Shown one piece after another: positions 50,200 through 64,000 of a stretch of 64,000 bases of DNA. The DNA lies in contig OZ024743.1 in assembly GCA_964016885.1 (NCBI GenBank), positions 247,380,001 through 247,444,000 of the forward strand. The letters run 5' to 3'. This stretch comes from Eledone cirrhosa (taxonomy: Eukaryota). The position numbers and the translations under genes were made by a program. The notes beneath the pieces are model-generated. The model was not told the origin of the DNA. It ran no database searches and saw nothing but the letters and a program-made list of their open reading frames with translations. Each line of letters opens with the position of its first letter. The first letter of the stretch is position 1.

Positions 50200-53100
50200 T
50201 AACCTTTTCGATTGTGGGCCGGCCGCCCGTGGTGGGATCCATCTGTAATTACTAGTACATGTGCAGACACTCATTGGCTATGTGTGGCGTGAATTTCAGC
50301 AAGATATCTCCGTAAAATCAATAGTTGTGGCTGTGGAACCAAACCGTGTTAAACGTCAACAAAGTCCGCCGGCGAATGGTGTGCTTCGAAGAAAACGAAT
50401 CCAAAAATGACGATTTGCCGGCGGAGTTACCTTTTCAATCGCGGGCCGGCCGCCCGTGGTCGGATCGATCTGTAATTACTGGTACATGTGCAGACACTCA
50501 TTGGCTATGTGTGGCGTGAATTTCAGCAAGATATCTCCGTAAAATCAATAGTTGTGGCTGTGGAACCAAACCGTGTTAAACGTCAACAAAGTCCGCCGGC
50601 GAATGGTGTGCTTCGAAGAAAACGAATCCAAAAATGACGATTTGCCGGCGGAGTTACCTTTTCAATCGCGGGCCGGCCATCCGTGGTCGGATCGATCTGT
50701 AATTACTGCTACATGTGCAGACACTCATTGGATATGTGTGGCGTGAATTTCAGCAAGATATCTCCGTAAAATCAATAGTTGTGGCTGTGGAACCAAACCG
50801 TGTTAAACGTCAACAAAGTCGTTGAGCGTAAGTTTGTTTACATTGAACTCGTGGTGGGATCGATCTGTAATTACTGGTACATGTGCAGACACACATTGGT
50901 TGTGTGTGGTGTGATTTTCAAAAAAAACTGCTCATGCTAAATGAGGCAGCTGAAGTCCGGCGGCGAATGGTGTGCTTCGAAGAAAACGAATCACAAAAAT
51001 GACGATTTGCCGGCGGAGTTACCTTTTCAATCGCGGGCCGGCCGCCCGTGGTCGGATCGATCTGTAATTACTGGTACATGTGCAGACACACATTGGTTGT
51101 GTGTGGTGTGATTTTCAAAAAAAACTGCCCATGCTAAATGAGGCAGCTGAAGTCCGGCGGCGAATGGTGTGCTTCGAAGAAAACGGATCACAAAAATGAC
51201 GATTTGCCGGCGGAGTTACCTTTTTCTCGATCGTGGGCCGGCCGCCCGTGGTCGGATCGATCTCTAATTACTGGTACATGTGCAGACACTCATTGGGTGT
51301 GTGTGGTGTGATCTTCAAGAAAAACTGCCCATGCTAAATGAGGCAGCTGAAGTCCGCCGGCGAATGGTGTGCTTCGAAGAAAACGAATCCGAAAATGACG
51401 ATTTGCAGGCGGAGTAACCTTTTCGATTGTGGGCCGGCCGCCCGTGGTGGGATCCATCTGTAATTACTGGTACATGTGCAGACACTCATTGGCTGTGTGT
51501 GGTGTGATCTTCAAGAAAAACTGCCCATGCTAAATGAGGCAGCTGAAGTCCGCCGGCGAATGGTGTGCTTCGAAGAAAACGAATCCGAAAATGACGATTT
51601 GCAGGCGGAGTAACCATTTCGATTGTGGGCCGGCCGCCCGTGGTGGGATCCATCTGTAATTACTAGTACATGTGCAGACACTCATTGGCTATGTGTGGCG
51701 TGAATTTCAGCAAGATATCTCCTTAAAATCAATAGTTGTGGCTGTGGAACCAAACCGTGTTAAACGTCAACAAAGTCCGCCGGCGAATGGTGTGCTTCGA
51801 AGAAAACGAATCCAAAAATGACGATTTGCCGGCGGAGTTACCTTTTCAATCGCGGGCCGGCCATCCGTGGTCGGATCGATCTGTAATTACTGCTACATGT
51901 GCAGACACTCATTGGCTATGTGTGGCGTGAATTTCAGCAAGATATCTCCGTAAAATCAATAGTTGTGGCTGTGGAACCAAACCGTGTTAAACGTCAACAA
52001 AGTCCGCCGGCGAATGGTGTGCTTCGAAGAAAACGAATCCAAATGTGACGATTTGCCGGCGGAGTTACCTTTTCAATCGCGGGCCGGCCGCCCCTGGTCG
52101 GATCGATCTGTAATTACTGGTACATGTGCAGACACTCATTGGCTATGTGTGGCGTGAATTTCAGCAAGATATCTCCGTAAAATCAATAGTTGTGGCTGTG
52201 GAACCAAACCGTGTTAAACGTCAACAAAGTCGTTGAGCGTAAGTTTGTTTACATTGAACTCGTGGTGGGATCGATCTGTAATTACTGGTACATGTGCAGA
52301 CACACATTGGTTGTGTGAGGTGTGATTTTCAAAAAAAACTGCCCATGCTAAATGAGGCAGCTGAAGTCCGGCGGCGAATGGTGTGCTTCGAACAAAACGA
52401 ATCACAAAAATGACGATTTGCCGGCGGAGTTACCTTTTAAATCGCGGGCCGGCCGCCCGTGGTCGGATCGATCTGTAATTACTGGTACATGTGCAGACAC
52501 ACATTGGTTGTGTGTGGTGTGATTTTCAAAAAAAACTGCCCATGCTAAATGAGGCAGCTGAAGTCCGGCGGCGAATGGTGTGCTTCGAAGAAAACGGATC
52601 ACAAAAATGACGATTTGCCGGCGGAGTTACCTTTTTAACGATCGTGGGCCGGCCGCCCGTGGTCGGATCGATCTCTAATTACTGGTACATGTGCAGACAC
52701 TCATTGGCTGTGTGTGGTGTGATCTTCAAGAAAAACTGCCCATGCTAAATGAGGCAGCTGAAGTCCGGCGGCGAATGGTGTGCTTCGAAGAAAACGGATC
52801 ACAAAAATGACGATTTGCCGGCGGAGTTACCTTTTCAATCGCGGGCCGGCCGCCCGTGGTCGGATCGATCTGTAATTACCGGTACATGTGCAGACACACA
52901 TTGGCTATGTGTGGCGTGAATTTCAGCAAGATATCTCCGTAAAATCAATAGTTGTGGCTGTGGAACCAAACCGTGTTAAACGTCAACAAAGTCCGCCGGC
53001 GAATGGTGTGCTTCGAAGAAAACGAATCCAAAAATGACGATTTGCCGGCGGAGTTACCTTTTCAATCGCGGGCCGGCCATCCGTGGTCGGATCGATCTGT

Positions 53101-56100
53101 AATTACTGCTACATGTGCAGACACTCATTGGCTATGTGTGGCGTGAATTTCAGCAAGATATCTCCGTAAAATCAATAGTTGTGGCTGTGGAACCAAACCG
53201 TGTTAAACGTCAACAAAGTCGTCGAGCGTAAGTTTGTTTACATTGAACTCGTGGTGGGATCGATCTGTAATTACTGGTACATGTGCAGACACACATTGGT
53301 TGTGTGTGGTGTGATTTTCAAAAAAAACTGCCCATGCTAAATGAGGCAGCTGAAGTCCGGCGGCGAATGGTGTGCTTCGAAGAAAACGAATCACAAAAAT
53401 GACGATTTGCCGGCGGAGTTACCTTTTCAATCGCGGGCCCGCCGCCCGTGGTCGGATCGATCTGTAATTACTGGTACATGTGCAGACACACATTGGTTGT
53501 GTGTGGTGTGATTCTCAAAAAAAGCTGCCAATGCTAAATGAGGCAGCTGAAGTCCGGCGGCGAATGGTGTGCTTCGAAGAAAACGGATCACAAAAATGAC
53601 GATTTGCCGGCGGAGTTACCTTTTTCTCGATCGTGGGCCGGCCGCCCGTGGTCGGATCGATCTCTAATTACTGGTACATGTGCAGACACTCATTGGGTGT
53701 GTGTGGTGTGATCTTCAAGAAAAACTGCCCATGCTAAATGAGGCAGCTGAAGTCCGCCGGCGAATGGTGTGCTTCGAAGAAAACGAATCCGAAAATGACG
53801 ATTTGCAGGCGGAGTAACCTTTTCGATTGTGGGCCGGCCGCCCGTGGTGGGATCCATCTGTAATTACTGGTACATGTGCAGACACTCATTGGCTGTGTGT
53901 GGTGTGATTTTCAAGAAAAACTGCTCATGCTAAATGAGGCAGCTGAAGTCCGCCGGCGAATGGTGTGCTTCGAAGAAAACGAATCCGAAAATGACGATTT
54001 GCAGGCGGAGTAACCGTTTCGATTGTGGGCCGGCCGCCCGTGGTGGGATCCATCTGTAATTACTGGTACATGTGCAGACACTCATTGGCTATGTGTGGCG
54101 TGAATTTCAGCAAGATATCTCCTTAAAATCAATAGTTGTGGCTGTGAAACCAAACCGTGTTAAACGTCAACAAAGTCGTTGAGCGTAAGTTAGTTTACAT
54201 TGAACTCGTGGTGGGATCGATCTGTAATTACTGGTACATGTGCAGAAACACATTGGTTGTGTGTGGTGTGATTAAAAAAAAAAACTGCCCATGCTAAATG
54301 AGGCAGCTGAAGTCCGGCGGCGAATGGTGTGCTTCGAAGAAAACGAATCACAAAAATGACGATTTGCCGGCGGAGTTACCTTTTCAATCGCGGGCCGGCC
54401 GCCCGTGGTCGGATCGATCTGTAATTACTGGTACATGTGCAGACACACATTGGTTGTGTGTGGTGTGATTTTCAAAATAAACTGCCCATGCTAAATGAGG
54501 CAGCTGAAGTCCGGCGGCGAATGGTGTGCTTCGAAGAAAACGGATCACAAAAATGACGATTTGCCGGCGGAGTTACCTTTTTCTCGATCGTGGGCCGGCC
54601 GCCCGTGGTCGGATCGATCTCTAATTACTGGTACATGTGCAGACACTCATTGGCTGTGTGTGGTGTGATCTTCAAGAAAAACTGCCCATGCTAAATGAGG
54701 CAGCTGAAGTCCGCCGGCGAATGGTGTGCTTCGAAGAAAACGAATCCGAAAATGACGATTTGCAGGCGGAGTAACCTTTTCGATTGTGGGCCGGCCGCCC
54801 GTGGTGGGATCCATCTGTAATTACTGGTACATGTGCAGACCCTCATTGGCTGTGTGTGGTGTGATCTTCAAGAAAAACTGCCCATGCTAAATGCGGCAGC
54901 TGAAGTCCGCCGGCGAATTGTGTGCTTCGAAGAAAACGAATCCGAAAATGACGATTTGCAGGCGGAGTAACCTTTTCGATTGTGGGCCGGCCGCCCGTGG
55001 TGGGATCCATCTGTAATTACTGGTACATGTGCAGACACTCATTGGCTGTGTGTGGTGTGATCTTCAAGAAAAACTGCTCATGCTAAATGAGGCAGCTGAA
55101 GTCCGGCGGCGAATGGTGTGCTTCGAAGAAAACGGATCACAAAAATGACGATTTGCCGGCGGAGTTACCGTTTTCTCGATCGTGGGCCGGCCGCCCGTGG
55201 TCGGATCGATCTCTAATTACTGGTACATGTGCAGACACTCATTGGCTGTGTGTGGTGTGATCTTCAAGAAAAACTGCCCATGCTAAATGAGGCAGCTGAA
55301 GTCCGGCGGCGAATGGTGTGCTTCGAAGAAAACGGATCACAAAAATGACGATTTGCCGGCGGAGTTACCTTTTTCTCGATCGTGGGCCGGCCGCCCGTGG
55401 TCGGATCGATCTCTAATTACTGGTACATGTGCAGACACTCATTGGGTGTGTGTGGTGTGATCTTCAAGAAAAACTGCCCATGCTAAATGAGGCAGCTGAA
55501 GTCCGCCGGCGAATGGTGTGCTTCGAAGAAAACGAATCCGAAAATGACGATTTGCAGGCGGAGTAACCTTTTCGATTGTGGGCCGGCCGCCCGTGGTGGG
55601 ATCCATCTGTAATTACTAGTACATGTGCAGACACTCATTGGCTATGTGTGGCGTGAATTTCAGCAAGATATCTCCTTAAAATCAATAGTTGTGGCTGTGG
55701 AACCAAACCGTGTTAAACGTCAACAAAGTCCGCCGGCGAATGGTGTGCTTCGAAGAAAACGAATCCAAAAATGACGATTTGCCGGCGGAGTTACCTTTTC
55801 AATCGCGGGCCGGCCGCCCGTGGTCGGATCGATCTGTAATTACTGGTACATGTGCAGACACTCATTGGCTATGTGTGGCGTGAATTTCAGCAAGATATCT
55901 CCGTAAAATCAATAGTTGTGGCTGTGGAACCAAACCGTGTTAAACGTCAACAAAGTCCGCCGGCGAATGGTGTGCTTCGAAGAAAACGAATCCAAAAATG
56001 ACGATTTGCCGGCGGAGTTACCTTTTCAATCGCGGGCCGGCCATCCGTGGTCGGATCGATCTGTAATTACTGCTACATGTGCAGACACTCATTGGATATG

Positions 56101-59100
56101 TGTGGCGTGAATTTCAGCAAGATATCTCCGTAAAATCAATAGTTGTGGCTGTGGAACCAAACCGTGTTAAACGTCAACAAAGTCGTTGAGCGTAAGTTTG
56201 TTTACATTGAACTCGTGGTGGGATCGATCTGTAATTACTGGTACATGTGCAGACACACATTGGTTGTGTGTGGTGTGATTTTCAAAAAAAACTGCCCATG
56301 CTAAATGAGGCAGCTGAAGTCCGGCGGCGAATGGTGTGCTTCGAAGAAAACGAATCACAAAAATGACGATTTGCCGGCGGAGTTACCTTTTCAATCGCGG
56401 GCCGGCCGCCCGTGGTCGGATCGATCTGTAATTACTGGTACATGTGCAGACACACATTGGTTGTGTGTGGTGTGATTTTCAAAAAAAACTGCCCATGCTA
56501 AATGAGGCAGCTGAAGTCCGGCGGCGAATGGTGTGCTTCGAAGAAAACGGATCACAAAAATGACGATTTGCCGGCGGAGTTACCTTTTTCTCGATCGTGG
56601 GCCGGCCGCCCGTGGTCGGATCGATCTCTAATTACTGGTACATGTGCAGACACTCATTGGGTGTGTGTGGTGTGATCTTCAAGAAAAACTGCCCATGCTA
56701 AATGAGGCAGCTGAAGTCCGCCGGCGAATGGTGTGCTTCGAAGAAAACGAATCCGAAAATGACGATTTGCAGGCGGAGTAACCTTTTCGATTGTGGGCCG
56801 GCCGCCCGTGGTGGGATCCATCTGTAATTACTGGTACATGTGCAGACACTCATTGGCTGTGTGTGGTGTGATCTTCAAGAAAAACTGCCCATGCTAAATG
56901 AGGCAGCTGAAGTCCGCCGGCGAATGGTGTGCTTCGAAGAAAACGAATCCGAAAATGACGATTTGCAGGCGGAGTAACCATTTCGATTGTGGGCCGGCCG
57001 CCCGTGGTGGGATCCATCTGTAATTACTAGTACATGTGCAGACACTCATTGGCTATGTGTGGCGTGAATTTCAGCAAGATATCTCCTTAAAATCAATAGT
57101 TGTGGCTGTGGAACCAAACCGTGTTAAACGTCAACAAAGTCCGCCGGCGAATGGTGTGCTTCGAAGAAAACGAATCCAAAAATGACGATTTGCCGGCGGA
57201 GTTACCTTTTCAATCGCGGGCCGGCCATCCGTGGTCGGATCGATCTGTAATTACTGCTACATGTGCAGACACTCATTGGCTATGTGTGGCGTGAATTTCA
57301 GCAAGATATCTCCGTAAAATCAATAGTTGTGGCTGTGGAACCAAACCGTGTTAAACGTCAACAAAGTCCGCCGGCGAATGGTGTGCTTCGAAGAAAACGA
57401 ATCCAAAAATGACGATTTGCCGGCGGAGTTACCTTTTCAATCGCGGGCCGGCCGCCCCTGGTCGGATCGATCTGTAATTACTGGTACATGTGCAGACACT
57501 CATTGGCTATGTGTGGCGTGAATTTCAGCAAGATATCTCCGTAAAATCAATAGTTGTGGCTGTGGAACCAAACCGTGTTAAACGTCAACAAAGTCGTTGA
57601 GCGTAAGTTTGTTTACATTGAACTCGTGGTGGGATCGATCTGTAATTACTGGTACATGTGCAGACACACATTGGTTGTGTGAGGTGTGATTTTCAAAAAA
57701 AACTGCCCATGCTAAATGAGGCAGCTGAAGTCCGGCGGCGAATGGTGTGCTTCGAACAAAACGAATCACAAAAATGACGATTTGCCGGCGGAGTTACCTT
57801 TTAAATCGCGGGCCGGCCGCCCGTGGTCGGATCGATCTGTAATTACTGGTACATGTGCAGACACACATTGGTTGTGTGTGGTGTGATTTTCAAAAAAAAC
57901 TGCCCATGCTAAATGAGGCAGCTGAAGTCCGGCGGCGAATGGTGTGCTTCGAAGAAAACGGATCACAAAAATGACGATTTGCCGGCGGAGTTACCTTTTT
58001 AACGATCGTGGGCCGGCCGCCCGTGGTCGGATCGATCTCTAATTACTGGTACATGTGCAGACACTCATTGGCTGTGTGTGGTGTGATCTTCAAGAAAAAC
58101 TGCCCATGCTAAATGAGGCAGCTGAAGTCCGGCGGCGAATGGTGTGCTTCGAAGAAAACGGATCACAAAAATGACGATTTGCCGGCGGAGTTACCTTTTC
58201 AATCGCGGGCCGGCCGCCCGTGGTCGGATCGATCTGTAATTACCGGTACATGTGCAGACACACATTGGCTATGTGTGGCGTGAATTTCAGCAAGATATCT
58301 CCGTAAAATCAATAGTTGTGGCTGTGGAACCAAACCGTGTTAAACGTCAACAAAGTCCGCCGGCGAATGGTGTGCTTCGAAGAAAACGAATCCAAAAATG
58401 ACGATTTGCCGGCGGAGTTACCTTTTCAATCGCGGGCCGGCCATCCGTGGTCGGATCGATCTGTAATTACTGCTACATGTGCAGACACTCATTGGCTATG
58501 TGTGGCGTGAATTTCAGCAAGATATCTCCGTAAAATCAATAGTTGTGGCTGTGGAACCAAACCGTGTTAAACGTCAACAAAGTCGTCGAGCGTAAGTTTG
58601 TTTACATTGAACTCGTGGTGGGATCGATCTGTAATTACTGGTACATGTGCAGACACACATTGGTTGTGTGTGGTGTGATTTTCAAAAAAAACTGCCCATG
58701 CTAAATGAGGCAGCTGAAGTCCGGCGGCGAATGGTGTGCTTCGAAGAAAACGAATCACAAAAATGACGATTTGCCGGCGGAGTTACCTTTTCAATCGCGG
58801 GCCCGCCGCCCGTGGTCGGATCGATCTGTAATTACTGGTACATGTGCAGACACACATTGGTTGTGTGTGGTGTGATTCTCAAAAAAAGCTGCCAATGCTA
58901 AATGAGGCAGCTGAAGTCCGGCGGCGAATGGTGTGCTTCGAAGAAAACGGATCACAAAAATGACGATTTGCCGGCGGAGTTACCTTTTTCTCGATCGTGG
59001 GCCGGCCGCCCGTGGTCGGATCGATCTCTAATTACTGGTACATGTGCAGACACTCATTGGGTGTGTGTGGTGTGATCTTCAAGAAAAACTGCCCATGCTA

Positions 59101-60930
59101 AATGAGGCAGCTGAAGTCCGCCGGCGAATGGTGTGCTTCGAAGAAAACGAATCCGAAAATGACGATTTGCAGGCGGAGTAACCTTTTCGATTGTGGGCCG
59201 GCCGCCCGTGGTGGGATCCATCTGTAATTACTGGTACATGTGCAGACACTCATTGGCTGTGTGTGGTGTGATTTTCAAGAAAAACTGCTCATGCTAAATG
59301 AGGCAGCTGAAGTCCGCCGGCGAATGGTGTGCTTCGAAGAAAACGAATCCGAAAATGACGATTTGCAGGCGGAGTAACCGTTTCGATTGTGGGCCGGCCG
59401 CCCGTGGTGGGATCCATCTGTAATTACTGGTACATGTGCAGACACTCATTGGCTATGTGTGGCGTGAATTTCAGCAAGATATCTCCTTAAAATCAATAGT
59501 TGTGGCTGTGAAACCAAACCGTGTTAAACGTCAACAAAGTCGTTGAGCGTAAGTTAGTTTACATTGAACTCGTGGTGGGATCGATCTGTAATTACTGGTA
59601 CATGTGCAGAAACACATTGGTTGTGTGTGGTGTGATTAAAAAAAAAAACTGCCCATGCTAAATGAGGCAGCTGAAGTCCGGCGGCGAATGGTGTGCTTCG
59701 AAGAAAACGAATCACAAAAATGACGATTTGCCGGCGGAGTTACCTTTTCAATCGCGGGCCGGCCGCCCGTGGTCGGATCGATCTGTAATTACTGGTACAT
59801 GTGCAGACACACATTGGTTGTGTGTGGTGTGATTTTCAAAATAAACTGCCCATGCTAAATGAGGCAGCTGAAGTCCGGCGGCGAATGGTGTGCTTCGAAG
59901 AAAACGGATCACAAAAATGACGATTTGCCGGCGGAGTTACCTTTTTCTCGATCGTGGGCCGGCCGCCCGTGGTCGGATCGATCTCTAATTACTGGTACAT
60001 GTGCAGACACTCATTGGCTGTGTGTGGTGTGATCTTCAAGAAAAACTGCCCATGCTAAATGAGGCAGCTGAAGTCCGCCGGCGAATGGTGTGCTTCGAAG
60101 AAAACGAATCCGAAAATGACGATTTGCAGGCGGAGTAACCTTTTCGATTGTGGGCCGGCCGCCCGTGGTGGGATCCATCTGTAATTACTGGTACATGTGC
60201 AGACCCTCATTGGCTGTGTGTGGTGTGATCTTCAAGAAAAACTGCCCATGCTAAATGCGGCAGCTGAAGTCCGCCGGCGAATTGTGTGCTTCGAAGAAAA
60301 CGAATCCGAAAATGACGATTTGCAGGCGGAGTAACCTTTTCGATTGTGGGCCGGCCGCCCGTGGTGGGATCCATCTGTAATTACTGGTACATGTGCAGAC
60401 ACTCATTGGCTGTGTGTGGTGTGATCTTCAAGAAAAACTGCTCATGCTAAATGAGGCAGCTGAAGTCCGGCGGCGAATGGTGTGCTTCGAAGAAAACGGA
60501 TCACAAAAATGACGATTTGCCGGCGGAGTTACCGTTTTCTCGATCGTGGGCCGGCCGCCCGTGGTCGGATCGATCTCTAATTACTGGTACATGTGCAGAC
60601 ACTCATTGGCTGTGTGTGGTGTGATCTTCAAGAAAAACTGCCCATGCTAAATGAGGCAGCTGAAGTCCGGCGGCGAATGGTGTGCTTCGAAGAAAACGGA
60701 TCACAAAAATGACGATTTGCCGGCGGAGTTACCTTTTTCTCGATCGTGGGCCGGCCGCCCGTGGTCGGATCGATCTCTAATTACTGGTACATGTGCAGAC
60801 ACTCATTGGGTGTGTGTGGTGTGATCTTCAAGAAAAACTGCCCATGCTAAATGAGGCAGCTGAAGTCCGCCGGCGAATGGTGTGCTTCGAAGAAAACGAA
60901 TCCGAAAATGACGATTTGCAGGCGGAGTAA
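50200..60930. repeat. Tandem segmental duplication within array 2, period 5364 bp
   Basis: ORF pairs 50325/55689, 51736/57100, 52214/57578, 53203/58567. Rare variants TTCAAAATAAAC (54471/59835) and AATGCGGCAG (~54890/60254). Confidence 0.92.
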
Positions 60931-63900
60931 CCGTTTCGATTGTGGGCCGGCCGCCCGTGGTGGGATCCATCTGTAATTACTGGTACATGTGCAGACACTC
61001 ATTGGCTATGTGTGGCGTGAATTTCAGCAAGATATCTCCTTAAAATCAATAGTTGTGGCTGTGGAACCAAACCGTGTTAAACGTCAACAAAGTCGTTGAG
61101 CGTAAGTTAGTTTACATTGAACTCGTGGTGGGATCGATCTGTAATTACTGGTACATGTGCAGAAACACATTGGTTGTGTGTGGTGTGATTTAAAAAAAAA
61201 ACTGCCCATGCTAAATGAGGCAGCTGAAGTCCGGCGGCGAATGGTGTGCTTCGAAGAAAACGAATCACAAAAATGACGATTTGCCGGCGGAGTTGCCTTT
61301 TCAATCGCGGGCCAGCCGCCCGTGGTCGGATCGATCTGTAATTACTGGTACATGTGCAGACACACATTGGTTGTGTGTGGTGTGATTTTCAAAAAAAACT
61401 GCCCATGCTAAATGAGGCAGCTGAAGTCCGGCGGCGAATGGTGTGCTTCGAAGAAAACGGATCACAAAAATGACGATTTGCCGGCGGAGTTACCTTTTTC
61501 TCGATCGTGGGCCGGCCGCCCGTGGTCGGATCGATCTCTAATTACTGGTACATGTGCAGACACTCATTGGGTGTGTGTGGTGTGATCTTCAAGAAAAACT
61601 GCCCATGCTAAATGAGGCAGCTGAAGTCCGCCGGCGAATGGTGTGCTTCGAAGAAAACGAATCCGAAAATGACGATTTGCAGGCGGAGTAACCTTTTCGA
61701 TTGTGGGCCGGCCGCCCGTGGTGGGATCCATCTGTAATTACTGGTACATGTGCAGACACTCATTGGCTGTGTGTGGTGTGATCTTCAAGAAAAACTGCCC
61801 ATGCTAAATGAGGCAGCTGAAGTCCGCCGGCGAATGGTGTGCTTCGAAGAAAACGAATCCGAAAATGACGATTTGCAGGCGGAGTAACCTTTTCGATTGT
61901 GGGCCGGCCGCCCGTGGTGGGATCCATCTGTAATTACTAGTACATGTGCAGACACTCATTGGCTATGTGTGGCGTGAATTTCAGCAAGATATCTCCTTAA
62001 AATCAATAGTTGTGGCTGTGGAACCAAACCGTGTTAAACGTCAACAAAGTCCGCCGGCGAATGGTGTGCTTCGAAGAAAACGAATCCAAAAATGACGATT
62101 TGCCGGCGGAGTTACCTTTTCAATCGCGGGCCGGCCATCCGTGGTCGGATCGATCTGTAATTACTGCTACATGTGCAGACACTCATTGGCTATGTGTGGC
62201 GTGAATTCCAGCAAGATATCTCCGTAAAATCAATAGTTGTGGCTGTGGAACCAAACCGTGTTAAACGTCAACAAAGTCCGCCGGCGAATGGTGTGCTTCG
62301 AAGAAAACGAATCCAAAAATGACGATTTGCCGGCGGAGTTACCTTTTCAATCGCGGGCCGGCCGCCCCTGGTCGGATCGATCTGTAATTACTGGTACATG
62401 TGCAGACTCTCATTGGCTATGTGTGGCGTGAATTTCAGCAAGATATCTCCGTAACATCAATAGTTGTGGCTGTGGAACCAAACCGTGTTAAACGTCAACA
62501 AAGTCGTTGAGCGTAAGTTTGTTTACATTGAACTCGTGGTGGGATCGATCTGTAATTACTGGTACATGTGCAGACACACATTGGTTGTGTGTGGTGTGAT
62601 TTTCAAAAAAAACTGCCCATGCTAAATGAGGCAGCTGAAGTCCGGCGGCGAATGGTGTGCTTCGAAGAAAACGAATCACAAAAATGACGATTTGCCGGCG
62701 GAGTTATTTTTTCAATCGCGGGCCGGCCGCCCGTGGTCGGATCGATCTGTAATTACTGGTACATGTGCAGACACACATTGGTTGTGTGTGCTGTGATTTT
62801 CAAAAAAAACTGCCCATGCTAAATGAGGCAGCTGAAGTCCGGCGGCGAATGGTGTGCTTCGAAGAAAACGGATCACAAAAATGACGATTTGCCGGCGGAG
62901 TTACCTTTTTCTCGATCGTGGGCCGGCCGCCCGTGGTCGGATCGATCTGTAATTACTGGTACATGTGCAGACACTCATTGGGTGTGTGTGGTGTGATCTT
63001 CAAGAAAAACTGCCCATGCTAAATGAGGCAGCTGAAGTCCGCCGGCGAATGGTGTGCTTCGAAGAAAACGAATCCGAAAATGACGATTTGCAGGCGGAGT
63101 AACCTTTTCGATTGTGGGCCGGCCGCCCGTGGTGGGATCCATCTGTAATTACTGGTACATGTGCAGACACTCATTGGCTGTGTGTGGTGTGATCTTCAAG
63201 AAAAACTGCCCATGCTAAATGAGGCAGCTGAAGTCCGCCGGCGAATGGTGTGCTTCGAAGAAAACGAATCCGAAAATGACGATTTGCAGGCGGAGTAACC
63301 TTTTCGATTGTGGGCCGGCCGCCCGTGGTGGGATCCATCTGTAATTACTAGTACATGTGCAGACACTCATTGGCTATGTGTGGCGTGAATTTCAGCAAGA
63401 TATCTCCTTAAAATCAATAGTTGTGGCTGTGGAACCAAACCGTGTTAAACGTCAACAAAGTCCGCCGGCGAATGGTGTGCTTCGAAGAAAACGAATCCAA
63501 AAATGACGATTTGCCGGCGGAGTTACCTTTTCAATCGCGGGCCGGCCATCCGTGGTCGGATCGATCTGTAATTACTGCTACATGTGCAGACACTCATTGG
63601 CTATGTGTGGCGTGAATTTCAGCAAGATATCTCCGTAACATCAATAGTTGTGGCTGTGGAACCAAACCGTGTTAAACGTCAACAAAGTCGTTGAGCGTAA
63701 GTTTGTTTACATTGAACTCGTGGTGGGATCGATCTGTAATTACTGGTACATGTGCAGACACACATTGGTTGTGTGTGGTGTGATTTTCAAAAAAAACTGC
63801 CCATGCTAAATGAGGCAGCTGAAGTCCGGCGGCGAATGGTGTGCTTCGAAGAAAACGAATCACAAAAATGACGATTTGCCGGCGGAGTTACCTTTTCAAT

Positions 63901-64000
63901 CGCGGGCCGGCCGCCCGTGGTCGGATCGATCTGTAATTACTGGTACATGTGCAGACACACATTGGTTGTGTGTGGTGTGATTTTCAAAAAAAACTGCCCA

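Larger units (their letters stand above)
29598..64000. repeat. Satellite array 2: modular ~196-bp satellite with 168-, 196/197/200- and 227/228-bp monomers (roughly 175 monomers by length; open at window end)
   Basis: The anchor ATGTGCAGAC recurs at 29681, 29877, 30073, 30241, 30438 (spacings 196, 196, 168, 197). ORF-track offsets such as 43983 to 44210 give 227. Single orientation to the window end. Confidence 0.98.

Noticed and set aside
29879-63863. 60-116 aa ORFs in array 2 (e.g. MWLWNQTVLN..., MIRFLRSTPF...)
   Set aside because: Each spans about one or two monomers, they occur on both strands, are broken by 1-bp indel variants, and show no recognisable domain.
29650-64000. CRISPR-like or integron-cassette-like layout (constant 65-bp block with variable intervening sequence)
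   Set aside because: The intervening segments are just three recurrent types rather than unique spacers, they are too long for CRISPR spacers, and there is no cas or integrase gene.

Overview
The whole window is non-coding tandem-repeat DNA made of two satellite arrays joined directly at about 29,600, which looks like eukaryotic heterochromatic, possibly pericentromeric or centromeric, sequence. Array 1 (1-~29,603) is a minisatellite of two interleaved units sharing a GGGGAGATAATTT core: a 25-bp A unit (CAAGGGGAGATAATTTCCAGCCGTC) and a ~27-28-bp B unit (CAGGGGGAGATAATTTGTA(8-9)T). It has stereotyped transition units and nested multi-kb duplications (periods 5267, 2694, 8319/5887 bp). Array 2 (~29,598-64,000) is a modular satellite with a conserved 65-bp block and swappable modules. 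These give 196-200, 227-228 and 168-bp monomers, a 957-bp pentameric higher-order repeat, and tandem duplications of 6739 and 5364 bp. It is rich in palindromes and carries a CENP-B-box-like motif. I see no credible gene, RNA gene, transposase or CRISPR array, and all listed ORFs are translations of the repeats. I cannot identify the organism. Duplication boundaries were read by eye and are approximate. I found no evidence of a new gene-encoded system; what is interesting is the repeat architecture.
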